Source of the DNA: Candidatus Aminicenantes bacterium | GTDB lineage: Bacteria > Acidobacteriota > Aminicenantia > Aminicenantales > Saccharicenantaceae | DNA length: 64,000 bases | Direction: 5' to 3' | Assembly: GCA_963784525.1 (NCBI GenBank) | Contig: CAWART010000020.1 | Coordinates: 151,844-215,843, forward strand | Shown here: one piece after another, positions 38,124 through 46,719 of the stretch | Layout: every line of letters begins with the position of its first letter | Position numbering within the stretch: the first letter of the stretch is position 1 | Position numbers and translations under genes: made by a program | The notes under the pieces: generated by a model | Told to the model about the DNA's origin: nothing | Databases searched by the model: none | What the model saw: only the letters and a program-made list of their open reading frames with translations

Positions 38124-40071
38124 CTTTCTCCGCCAGCACGATCTCGAGGGACGCTTTCTCGCCGCCGGCAAGATGGAGCCTGCGGACCGCGAGGAGGCAG
38201 AATCCCTGATGGATTATATCATAGTCCTTCTCGGACTGGGACAGGGTCTGCAGGGGGAAGCTCCGAACCTCGTCCGCTTCCGCGGCCCGGAACGACAGCC
38301 GCCCGGCCATGAGGTCGGCGCCGTCGGGCCGGAGCGCGAACTCGTCGGGAAGCATATGAAAGTTCCATTCGGACGCGTACGTCAGCGCGACCGATCGGCT
38401 TCCCGCGTTCGCGATCTCGACGCGGACCCGGATCGCCATCTTCTCGGTGTCTATGCGCTTGCGGACGACCATGGGGACGTCCTCTCCCTCGACCCGGACG
38501 CGGCTCTTTCGCTCCAGGACGAGGAGGGGGCCTTCGAGCCCTGCGGTATACGCGCCCGCGACGAAATCACCGAGCTCGCCGGCGTCAGCGGGCCGGGAAA
38601 CCTCGAGGCGCGTCCCGGCCGGGAGGAAGCGGTCCAGACAGGAAAAGCGCGGACGGCGGTCGTACTCGAGCAATCCTTCGGCCCCGGCCGGAAGCCGCCG
38701 GGCGAGCTCATGGATGCTCTTCCCTTCCGGCGATCCCTCGTCCTTGCGGACGGCATGGTAGGACTCGGGCCTTCGCGCCAGGACATCGGTGATGTTCCTC
38801 GAGGACGGCCGGTGATCGATCTCGACGATGGCCCCGCCGAAGTCGGGTTTGACGACAAGCCCGAAGGGCCCGGCGCCGCCGGAGAATTCGATCCGGCCGT
38901 CCAGATCGAGGTCCGTTCCCGTCCAGCCGGGAGCCGCGGGCGCGGCCTTTTCCGCTTCGAGGAGATGTCTCCAAGCGGCCTCCCTCAGGTGCGGGAGATA
39001 GAGCCCGCCGAAGACGCCGTGCCAATAGGGATCGTTGCACTGGGCCATGTAGAGCTCGCGGCGTGCTTCAAGCGATCCCGACGCGGCTACCCTTTTCGAA
39101 ACCGAAAGCATCCTCTTGTGGAGCAGGTTCGCTTCCGGGTACTTCAGAAAGAAATCGCGGAAGAACCCTCCGCGGAGGAACCGCCGCGCCTCCGGCGGGC
39201 ACGCCTCCCGGGCCTTCCGATAGGCATCGAGCTCGCCCGGTTCGAGGACCCATTCCGTCATCTCCTCGTAGGAGGCCGGAGGGAGATAGATCCTGCCCCC
39301 GGGAGGTTCGGCGTCGGCATACTCCGAGAGCGTCATCGTCCGGACCCCCGTCTCTTCCAGGTGGTCCAGGAATCCTGCGAGCCACCCCTTTCCGAACACC
39401 CATTCGGCGGTCCCCGGCCAGAGGCCGAACTTCTCCCCGTCGTCCCCGAGGACGGCGATCCCTTCCCTGTCGCGGATGGGCGCGAAGGCCGCGTCGATCT
39501 CCTCCCATCCGCGGAACGGGATGAGGTAGCGGAGCTGTTTGTCGATGGGAAAGACCCTCAACGGGAGCCCTTCGTCCTCGGTGACGTACGAAGTATGGAT
39601 ATCCTTCGCGCCGGCGTAATGAAAGTGCTCCTCGTCGAGAAGCGTGTATTCGATGCCTGCCCGCGCCAGGGTCGCGGCGAGTTGAGGCTCCCAGACCCGC
39701 TCGGTCAGCCAGACACCCCGCGGCCTGCGGCCGAAATGCTCCTCGAGCCAGCGGCTCATCATCCGGAGCTGTCCGATCCGGTCCTCCTCGGGGATGACGG
39801 CCAGGATCGGTTCATAGAATCCGCCGCCGAGAAGCTCGATCTGCCCGCGCCCCACCAGCCGTCCGACGAGGTCCCGACAGCTCCGTCGATGGACCTCCAT
39901 GTATTCCAGGAGGGGACCGGAAAAGTGAAGGGACAGCTTGAAGCCCGGATGCCTGTCGAACTCGGCGAGAAGGGGCTCGTAACACGTGTCGAACGCCCTC
40001 TCGAAGATCTCGCTGAAATTGCCCACGGGCTGGTGGCAGTGGACGGCGAAGAGGAAGCGGAGGGGCTTCAC
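38113..40071 (-). CDS. GH57 alpha-amylase/4-alpha-glucanotransferase-like
   Basis: GTG start at 40071 overlapping the upstream TGA. VKPLRFLFAVHCHQPVGNF, WLTERVWEP and GDDGEKFG. Confidence 0.8.
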   Translation of the reverse strand: MKPLRFLFAVHCHQPVGNFSEIFERAFDTCYEPLLAEFDRHPGFKLSLHFSGPLLEYMEVHRRSCRDLVGRLVGRGQIELLGGGFYEPILAVIPEEDRIGQLRMMSRWLEEHFGRRPRGVWLTERVWEPQLAATLARAGIEYTLLDEEHFHYAGAKDIHTSYVTEDEGLPLRVFPIDKQLRYLIPFRGWEEIDAAFAPIRDREGIAVLGDDGEKFGLWPGTAEWVFGKGWLAGFLDHLEETGVRTMTLSEYADAEPPGGRIYLPPASYEEMTEWVLEPGELDAYRKAREACPPEARRFLRGGFFRDFFLKYPEANLLHKRMLSVSKRVAASGSLEARRELYMAQCNDPYWHGVFGGLYLPHLREAAWRHLLEAEKAAPAAPGWTGTDLDLDGRIEFSGGAGPFGLVVKPDFGGAIVEIDHRPSSRNITDVLARRPESYHAVRKDEGSPEGKSIHELARRLPAGAEGLLEYDRRPRFSCLDRFLPAGTRLEVSRPADAGELGDFVAGAYTAGLEGPLLVLERKSRVRVEGEDVPMVVRKRIDTEKMAIRVRVEIANAGSRSVALTYASEWNFHMLPDEFALRPDGADLMAGRLSFRAAEADEVRSFPLQTLSQSEKDYDIIHQGFCLLAVRRLHLAGGEKASLEIVLAEKDAR

Positions 40072-41393
40072 GGGCGGCCTCCCCGGCCGGCCTTGCGCAA
40101 GGCGGCGCGAACATAACTCTTGAAGAGGAAGTCGAACTCTTCCTTGTCGGGCTCCCCGTACCACCAGAACCAGTCCGATCCCTCGGCGACGTAGATCTCG
40201 GGGACGGGGCCGGTCTGCTCCCTCGCCGCGGCGAGCTCCTCCCAGGCCCGGTTCTTGGCCGGGTCCCCGACCCATTTGGAGAAATTGCCCAGCCAGGTCC
40301 CCGGGACGAGCGAGACGTCCTGGCCCGGACCGTGGGTCCCGAGGTATGCGCCGGGCAGAACGGGCGCGATCCCCTCGGCCTCGAGAAGGCGTCCGTAGAA
40401 CTCCCTGAGGAACGGGATGCCGTTCCCGGGGTAACACTCCCACGGGTTCTCGCCGTCCAGGACGACGACACAGACGGCGTCGTCGGGAGAAATGCGCCGC
40501 CGGGCCTCCAGCCTGCATAGGAAATCCGCCACGGCCTCCTTCTCGGGCCATTTCTGGTAAGAGAAGCTCAGGAGGTCGGAGAGCTCCCGGTCCCGGAAGA
40601 ACATCGGCAGGCCCTCCGCGGTGTACGGCCTGTAAAGGGCCGAGCGGTCGGTGGGCTTCCCGAGACTTTTCCAAAGGACGTTCTCGTCGGTCATGGCATA
40701 GGCGAAGCCGGCCCGCGCGGCCGCGGCCGCCACCTCACGGCTGACGGCCCCCTCCGAAGGCCACAGGCCGTCGGGCGCGAACCCGAAGACCTTCCGGAAA
40801 TAATCGTATCCCATCCGGAGCTGGGCCTCACCGTCCTCGGGATGCCGGAAGCGGGTCGCCGGGGCTTTCTCGTCGGGCGAGCATGAGCTGTCGAAGACGA
40901 GGGGCAGGAGCGGGTGGTAATAAGGCGATGTCGTTATCTCGGCCAGATCCTTCTCCTTCAGGCTCCGGAACAGCGGCACCAGGTCCTCCTGAAGCCTTTT
41001 CCTGAGGGCCAGCAGGGATGCGCGGTCCTCTCCGGCCCGGTCGAGCGGCGAGAACAAGGCCTCGAGGGCGCGCATCTGAACGGCGGCGGCATCTCCTCCC
41101 CCGGGCGCGATCCGTCCCAAAAGGCGGACATCGGCGAACGTCAGTTCCGCCGGGTCCTTCTCGAGGGCCCGCTGAAAAGGATCGTTGGCCGTTCCCGAGG
41201 CATATTCCTGGAGCTGTTCGAGAAGGCAGGGGACGAAATTGAAGACGCAGGGGAAACCCGATTCGCGGACGAGTTCCCCCATCGGATGATAGTTCTTCGT
41301 GGCGTGCAGGTTCACCCAGGGCAGGATGTACTCCCCATTGGCCGGGTCCTTGTAGATCGGCTGATGGAAATGCCAGACAATGGAAAGATACAT
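40068..41393 (-). CDS. GH57 family glycoside hydrolase (third paralogous family member)
   Basis: 441 aa. Contains WHFHQPIY, GLWPSEGAVS and LDGENPWE. Confidence 0.8.
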   Translation of the reverse strand: MYLSIVWHFHQPIYKDPANGEYILPWVNLHATKNYHPMGELVRESGFPCVFNFVPCLLEQLQEYASGTANDPFQRALEKDPAELTFADVRLLGRIAPGGGDAAAVQMRALEALFSPLDRAGEDRASLLALRKRLQEDLVPLFRSLKEKDLAEITTSPYYHPLLPLVFDSSCSPDEKAPATRFRHPEDGEAQLRMGYDYFRKVFGFAPDGLWPSEGAVSREVAAAAARAGFAYAMTDENVLWKSLGKPTDRSALYRPYTAEGLPMFFRDRELSDLLSFSYQKWPEKEAVADFLCRLEARRRISPDDAVCVVVLDGENPWECYPGNGIPFLREFYGRLLEAEGIAPVLPGAYLGTHGPGQDVSLVPGTWLGNFSKWVGDPAKNRAWEELAAAREQTGPVPEIYVAEGSDWFWWYGEPDKEEFDFLFKSYVRAALRKAGRGGRP

Positions 41394-41396
41394 GGT

Positions 41397-42827
41397 TCAG
41401 ATCCCTTCCTGGGCGATGAGGTAAGAGTAAGCGGCCAGCGCGACGGAGAGAAGCTCGAGCTCCCTCGGATGGACCGACGACAGGACGTCGAGGGCCGAAT
41501 GATGGACATCGAAGCCGCGCTGGGTATCGACGATGACGCCGAGGAGGGCCGTCCCCCCCGCCGCGAGCGGTGTGACGTCCACGCCTCCGCCGCCCGGCCG
41601 CATCCGATAGATGCCCAGGGGTTCGAACAGTCGGGCCCATTTGCCGAGCCTGGCGTACACGTCGGGGGGGCCGCCCGCGATGGCGATCGGGAGAAAGCCT
41701 CCGTCGTCGGCTTCCATGGCGGCGATATGCTTCTCCCCTTTGCGCCCGGCGGCGCCCGCGTAGGCGTGACCGCCGGTCCCGCCGAACTCTTCGTCCATGA
41801 ACATCACGGCCCGGATCGTGCGCTTCGGCCGCAGGCCGCATTCCTTGATGAGCCGCAACGCCTCCAGCGAGACGACGCATCCCGCTCCGTCGTCGTGGGC
41901 GCCGGTTGCCAGATCCCAGCTGTCCAGATGGCCTCCGAGGAGGACGATCTCCTCCGGAAGCTCCGTCCCCGGAAGCTCGCCGATGACGTTGGCGGAAGTT
42001 ACGGGACCGAGGTTCGCGCAGGACAGCTCGAGCCGGACCCGGACCTTTGTTCCCCGGGCCAGGAGGCCGGAGAGGAGCGTCGCGTCATTGGTGCTGATCG
42101 CGGCGGCCGGGATCCTCGGCGCGCTGGGATCGTAGTGGAGGACGCCCGTATGCGGGTTTCCGTCCTCGCGGAGGGTGATGGAGCGGACCAGGACGGCGGC
42201 GGCCCCGTGCTTCGCCGCTTCCGATGCTCCGCGGACCCTTTGGTCGACCGCCCCGCCGTAGGCCTTGTTGGGCTCGATGAGCGTCCGGTCCATCGGGCGG
42301 TTGAAGAGGACGATGCTTCCTTGGACGGCGGCCCCGAGCTGTCCGAGCTCGTCGAAGGAGCGGACTTCGACGACGGGAGCCGTGATCCCTCCCGCGGGCG
42401 TGGCGACGCTTCCGCCGAGCGCGCTGATGGCCAGGGCGGCGTTCTCGGCGAGCGGCGGATCGACAATCGCGGCACGCTCCGCGTCGCCGCGAACCCAACG
42501 TTCGACCGTGACCGGCTCCAGCCGCACGTCGGCGAAGCCGAGCTCCGTCATCATCGCGCGCGTGAGCTCGACGCCCGCGGCGGCTTGGGGCGAGCCGGTC
42601 AGGCGCGGACCGACGGCGGTCAATCTCCTGAGAAGCTCATAGGCGAATTCCTGTTCGAGCCCCATGTTCCTGAGCTTCTCGAAAACGGCCGGATAGGGGC
42701 TCTCGGGAGTCCGTTCCTGCGCGGACGCGGGCGGCGGCAGGAGGGCGGGGCCCGCGAGGACCAAGAGCGAAACGGCCAGGGGCAGGGAACGGGAGCGGCG
42801 GGGCGGTTTGCATCGGGGCATTTTCAT
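41397..42827 (-). CDS. secreted M28-family aminopeptidase with PA domain
   Basis: Contains HLDSWDLATGAHDDGAG and DEEFGG. The start is uncertain (42848, 42827 or 42821). Signal peptide LPLAVSLLVLAGPALLPPPASA. Confidence 0.8.
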   Translation of the reverse strand: MKMPRCKPPRRSRSLPLAVSLLVLAGPALLPPPASAQERTPESPYPAVFEKLRNMGLEQEFAYELLRRLTAVGPRLTGSPQAAAGVELTRAMMTELGFADVRLEPVTVERWVRGDAERAAIVDPPLAENAALAISALGGSVATPAGGITAPVVEVRSFDELGQLGAAVQGSIVLFNRPMDRTLIEPNKAYGGAVDQRVRGASEAAKHGAAAVLVRSITLREDGNPHTGVLHYDPSAPRIPAAAISTNDATLLSGLLARGTKVRVRLELSCANLGPVTSANVIGELPGTELPEEIVLLGGHLDSWDLATGAHDDGAGCVVSLEALRLIKECGLRPKRTIRAVMFMDEEFGGTGGHAYAGAAGRKGEKHIAAMEADDGGFLPIAIAGGPPDVYARLGKWARLFEPLGIYRMRPGGGGVDVTPLAAGGTALLGVIVDTQRGFDVHHSALDVLSSVHPRELELLSVALAAYSYLIAQEGI

Positions 42828-42875
42828 TCCTTTCGAAGCAGAGATCATCTCCCTGCATGATATCAGAAACGCGGC

Positions 42876-43340
42876 CTATTTCATCTTGAAGAAAAGCCAG
42901 TTGACGTCCTTTTCGCCGGCCCGCGGCTTGATCCGGACGAGCGCGTAGCGGCCGGCGAGCCTCCTCCCCCGGATGTCGACGATCCTTTTGGAATCCGTCG
43001 ATTCGACCGCCGTATAGGTTCCCCGGTCCCAGATCTCGACGGCCCCCGCTCCATATTCGGGCTCCGGAATGACCCCCTCGAAACCGGCATAATCGAGGGG
43101 GTGATCCTCCGTCCGGACGGCGAGCCGCTTCTCCCCTTCGGCGAGCGGCGGCGTCTTCGGGATGGCCCAGCTCAGCAGGACGCCGCCCTCCTCGAGCCGG
43201 AGGTCGTAATGCAGGCGCGAAGCCGCGTGCTTCTGAATGACATAGATGAGGCCCTCCGCCCGGCCCTTGGATCCCGGTTCGCCGGCGGGCTCCGGCGTCT
43301 GCCGGAAATCCCGTTTCCTGGCGTACTCCTTGAGGCTCAT
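42876..43340 (-). CDS. stand-alone LigD 3'-phosphoesterase (PE) domain protein
   Basis: 154 aa. Contains FVIQKH-type YVIQKHAASRLHYDLRLE and GEKDVNWLFFK. Confidence 0.8.
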   Translation of the reverse strand: MSLKEYARKRDFRQTPEPAGEPGSKGRAEGLIYVIQKHAASRLHYDLRLEEGGVLLSWAIPKTPPLAEGEKRLAVRTEDHPLDYAGFEGVIPEPEYGAGAVEIWDRGTYTAVESTDSKRIVDIRGRRLAGRYALVRIKPRAGEKDVNWLFFKMK

Positions 43341-43377
43341 GAGGGCTCCTCCCGGGGCCGGTCGCGGGCTCCGGGGC

Positions 43378-44457
43378 CTAGCGGTGCAGGAAGCAACGTT
43401 CGCAGTCGACCTCTCCGGGGGCGCGCGTCGCGAGCATGGCGAGGCCGAGCTCGTCGGCCTTGGCGACGACCTCAGCGTCCCTGATCGAGCCCAACGGGAA
43501 GACGACGGCCGTTATGCCGTGTTTCGCGGCCAGTTCGACGACGTCGGGGAAAGGCATGAACGCGTCGGAGGCGAGGACGCAGCCTTCGGGCCCGTAGCCG
43601 CGCCGCGAGAGGCGGATAGCGTCCTCGGTCGAATCGATGCGGCTCCTTTGGCCGGAGCCGATCCCGTGCGTCTTGTCGGCCGTGCCGATGATGACCGCGT
43701 TCGAGCGCGTGTAGCAGGCGACGGTCCATGTGAACAGGGCCGCCCGGACCTCTTCTTCCGTGGGCTTCCGGACGGAAACGACGTCGAGCGACGCGGGGGC
43801 GACGATCTTCGAGTCGAACCTCCGCTGGACGAGCAGTCCTCCGGCCACGCGCTTGAACTCGAGGCCGTTGTCCCGGGATGGAACGTCGAGCGGGTCGCCC
43901 ATCCGAACGACGCGCAGGACCTTGCGGGTCGCCAGGACGGACAGGGCTTCGGAGGTGAAATCCGGGGCGTAAACGACCTCGACATTGCGCGGACTTTCCA
44001 CGAGGAGCCGGGCGAGGGGTCCCGTGACCGGAACGTTGAGGACATCGACCCCTCCGAAGTTCGAGAGAGGGTCGCACTTCCAGGCCTTCTCGAAAGCGTC
44101 GAGGGCATCGTTGCCCAGAGCGACGCCGCTCGGCATCTCGTGCTTGATGATGACGCAGGCGGGCCGGCCTCCGAAGACCGCGTGGAGCTTTCCGGCGAGC
44201 CTCTGGCCGAGATCCATATCCCCGACGTTGATGTAGCTGAGCCCCTTCGTCCCTTCCTGAAGGACCTCGAGGCTGGCCATGTTCGGGCCGGTCGCCCCGT
44301 CCTCCTGGTAAAAGGCGGCCGGATATCCGGGATTCTCCCCGTAGCGCATGGCGGTCTTCTTGACGAACCGGGTCTCCCCGAACATCAGGGATCCCGGAAA
44401 GTCTTCGGTGACCTTGGTCTGATATTGGGTTCTGGCGGTCCTTTCTTTGGCGTCCAT
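43378..44457 (-). CDS. purH: AICAR formyltransferase (PurH C-terminal module only)
   Basis: 359 aa. Contains YGENPGY, IIKHEMPSGVA and GSGQRSRIDS. There is no MGS-like IMP cyclohydrolase domain. Confidence 0.8.
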   Translation of the reverse strand: MDAKERTARTQYQTKVTEDFPGSLMFGETRFVKKTAMRYGENPGYPAAFYQEDGATGPNMASLEVLQEGTKGLSYINVGDMDLGQRLAGKLHAVFGGRPACVIIKHEMPSGVALGNDALDAFEKAWKCDPLSNFGGVDVLNVPVTGPLARLLVESPRNVEVVYAPDFTSEALSVLATRKVLRVVRMGDPLDVPSRDNGLEFKRVAGGLLVQRRFDSKIVAPASLDVVSVRKPTEEEVRAALFTWTVACYTRSNAVIIGTADKTHGIGSGQRSRIDSTEDAIRLSRRGYGPEGCVLASDAFMPFPDVVELAAKHGITAVVFPLGSIRDAEVVAKADELGLAMLATRAPGEVDCERCFLHR

Positions 44458-44461
44458 GGTC

Positions 44462-45205
44462 TCAGGTCCTTTCGTGCCGGTTGATGATCGCGGTCTCGTA
44501 TCGGTTCCGGGCGACGTCTCCGGCGAGAAGGCAGGCGACGGCCACGCGGAGATCCCGGGCTTCGCCCCGGGGTTTCAGGGCCGCGTACACGGATTCGGCC
44601 AGACCCGCCGCGTCGGGCGCGTCCAACGCGACGTCGACGGGATCGCCGGGGAACGATCTCAGCGGGTCCCTGTTCACACCGTCATAGGTCGCGACGAGCT
44701 TTCCCCGGCCCGCCTCGAGCGGGACCTCGTAATAGCTCCTGAGGGCGCTCTCTCCCGCTCCCTTCTTGATGAGGGACAGGGCGGCCTTCGGCCCGGGAAG
44801 GACACAGCCGCTGATCCGGGGCGTGAAGATCGGGGCGTCCGGCTCATAATCCCAGCCGGAAAGGCCTCCCGCCAGGACCTCGACGGGCCCCGGGCCGGCG
44901 GCTTCGTCGAGGCGGCGCCGGACATCCGCGGTCTGCTTGCCGTTCGAGACGGCGACGCCGCGGGTCGAGAACAGGATGGCGGGATAGATCAGGAGGTCCG
45001 GGTTCCCTTTTTTCAGGATCTCTTCGTCGGTGGGCCGGACCCAGACGCCGTCCTCCCGCCATTCCAGCTTCCGGGCCTGGCTCGAGGGCGAGCGTCCGGT
45101 GACGGCATAGATGACGGCGATCCCGGAGCCGGTCGCGGCCCGGCCCATGATGATGACGCGGCCGGGATATTCCATTGAGGACAGGTTGGCGAGGGCGCGG
45201 TCCAT
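44462..45205 (-). CDS. purO: archaeal-type IMP cyclohydrolase PurO-like
   Basis: ATG at 45205 with an AAGGAGG RBS. MDRALANLSSMEYPGRVIIMGRAATGSGIAVIYAVTGRSPSSQARKL resembles the PurO N-terminus. Confidence 0.7.
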   Translation of the reverse strand: MDRALANLSSMEYPGRVIIMGRAATGSGIAVIYAVTGRSPSSQARKLEWREDGVWVRPTDEEILKKGNPDLLIYPAILFSTRGVAVSNGKQTADVRRRLDEAAGPGPVEVLAGGLSGWDYEPDAPIFTPRISGCVLPGPKAALSLIKKGAGESALRSYYEVPLEAGRGKLVATYDGVNRDPLRSFPGDPVDVALDAPDAAGLAESVYAALKPRGEARDLRVAVACLLAGDVARNRYETAIINRHERT

Positions 45206-45287
45206 CGATCCTCCTTTTCGCGCCCTATTCTTAGCATACGGAAACCGTGAAGTCAAAGAGGTTCGCGGGAGCTCCGGACGAGCGCGT

Positions 45288-45316
45288 TTAACGCCGCCGG
45301 CGTTTCGTGCTAGAAT
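45288..45316 (+). promoter_or_regulatory. putative promoter of the LOG gene
   Basis: TTAACG-N17-TAGAAT with an extended TG (TGcTAGAAT at 45308-45316). Confidence 0.35.
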
Positions 45317-45345
45317 CGGGGACGGAAGCCGAAAAAGAGGTCGCG

Positions 45346-46080
45346 ATGACGAAACTGGAATACCCCGAATCCCCGTACAAGGACATCGAATTCCTGGATT
45401 CCCTGGAGGGGCGCACCCTCCGGATCCTGAGCGAATACCTGGGCCCGATGACGCGCATGGACAAGGCCAAGGTCGACAGCACGGTCCTGTTCCTCGGTTC
45501 GGCCCGGGCCAACCCGAGCCACGGCGACACGCAGCTGACAAGATACTACTGGGAGGCCGAGGAACTGGCCTACCTTCTGACCAAGTGGGCCATACCTCTC
45601 AAGCCCAGGGGAAAGAACTTCGTGGTTTGCACCGGCGGTGGGCCCGGGATCATGGAAGCTGCCAACCGCGGCGCCCTGCGCGCCAAGGGCAAGAGCATCG
45701 GCATGAACATCCAGCTTCCCCAGGCCCAGGAGCCCAATCCCTACATCTCGCCCGATCTCTCCTTCGCCTTCCACTATTTCTTCATGAGGAAGTTCTGGCT
45801 CGTGTACAAAGCCAAGGCCGTCATCGCGTTCCCCGGGGGGTTCGGGACGATGGACGAGTTCTTCGAGATCATCACCCTTCTCCAGACGAGCAAGATCTCG
45901 CGCAAGGAGCTGACCCTCGTCCTCTATGGGGAGGATTACTGGCGCAAGATCATCGATTTCGATCAGTTCGTCAAGGCCGGGGCCATCACCCCCGATGACC
46001 GCAACCTGTTCTCGTTCTGTTCGACGCCGCGCCAGGCGTTCGCCCTTCTGAAGAAGAAGCTCGGATCCTGCCTGGCCTAG
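45346..46080 (+). CDS. LOG-family nucleotide phosphoribohydrolase
   Basis: Contains CTGGGPGIMEAANRGA and PGGFGTMDEFFE. ATG at 45346 follows AGAGG. Confidence 0.85.
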   Translation: MTKLEYPESPYKDIEFLDSLEGRTLRILSEYLGPMTRMDKAKVDSTVLFLGSARANPSHGDTQLTRYYWEAEELAYLLTKWAIPLKPRGKNFVVCTGGGPGIMEAANRGALRAKGKSIGMNIQLPQAQEPNPYISPDLSFAFHYFFMRKFWLVYKAKAVIAFPGGFGTMDEFFEIITLLQTSKISRKELTLVLYGEDYWRKIIDFDQFVKAGAITPDDRNLFSFCSTPRQAFALLKKKLGSCLA

Positions 46081-46092
46081 AGCTTCGCGACG

Positions 46093-46713
46093 ATGACCCG
46101 CAAGGTCCTCTTTCTCCTGACGGTCGCGGCGGCATCGATCTCCTGCGCCCGCCTGAACTACTTTCCCGAGGGAGGCTCGCAGACGGGGCTGGCCTCCTGG
46201 TACGGGCCGGACTTTCACGGGAAGCTCACGTCGAACAAAGAGATCTACGACATGTACGATATGACGGCCGCCCACCGGAGCCTTCCGTTCGGGACAAGGG
46301 TTGCCGTGACGAACCTCGAGAACGGCCTGGCGGCGACCGTGAGGATCAACGATCGCGGGCCGTTCATCGGCGACAGGATCATCGACCTGTCCTACGCGGC
46401 GGCCCGGGTCCTCGGGATGATCGGCCCGGGAACGGCCCGGGTTCGTTTGGATGTCATCCGGGGCGTCTCCCCGCCCCCGGGCGGCGGGGGCTGGTCCGTT
46501 CAGGCGGGCTCCTTCGTTTCGAAGGACAACGCGTCCCGGCTCGTCCGCGAGCTCGAAGAACGCGGTTACGATGGGGTCAAGCTCTCGAGTTATGAAACGC
46601 CCGCTCAGGTCTATTACAGGGTCAGGGTCGGCGCGCCCGACGAGGCGTCCGCCCGCGCCCTCGCCCGCCGGCTCAACGAGGACGGCTACGTCGTCCTCGT
46701 CCTCGAAGAATAG
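46093..46713 (+). CDS. rlpA: septal ring lytic transglycosylase RlpA-family lipoprotein (DPBB + SPOR)
   Basis: Lipobox AASISC, ASWYGPDFHGKLTSN...INDRGPF, and a SPOR-like C-terminus. Confidence 0.85.
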   Translation: MTRKVLFLLTVAAASISCARLNYFPEGGSQTGLASWYGPDFHGKLTSNKEIYDMYDMTAAHRSLPFGTRVAVTNLENGLAATVRINDRGPFIGDRIIDLSYAAARVLGMIGPGTARVRLDVIRGVSPPPGGGGWSVQAGSFVSKDNASRLVRELEERGYDGVKLSSYETPAQVYYRVRVGAPDEASARALARRLNEDGYVVLVLEE

Positions 46714-46719
46714 AGACGT

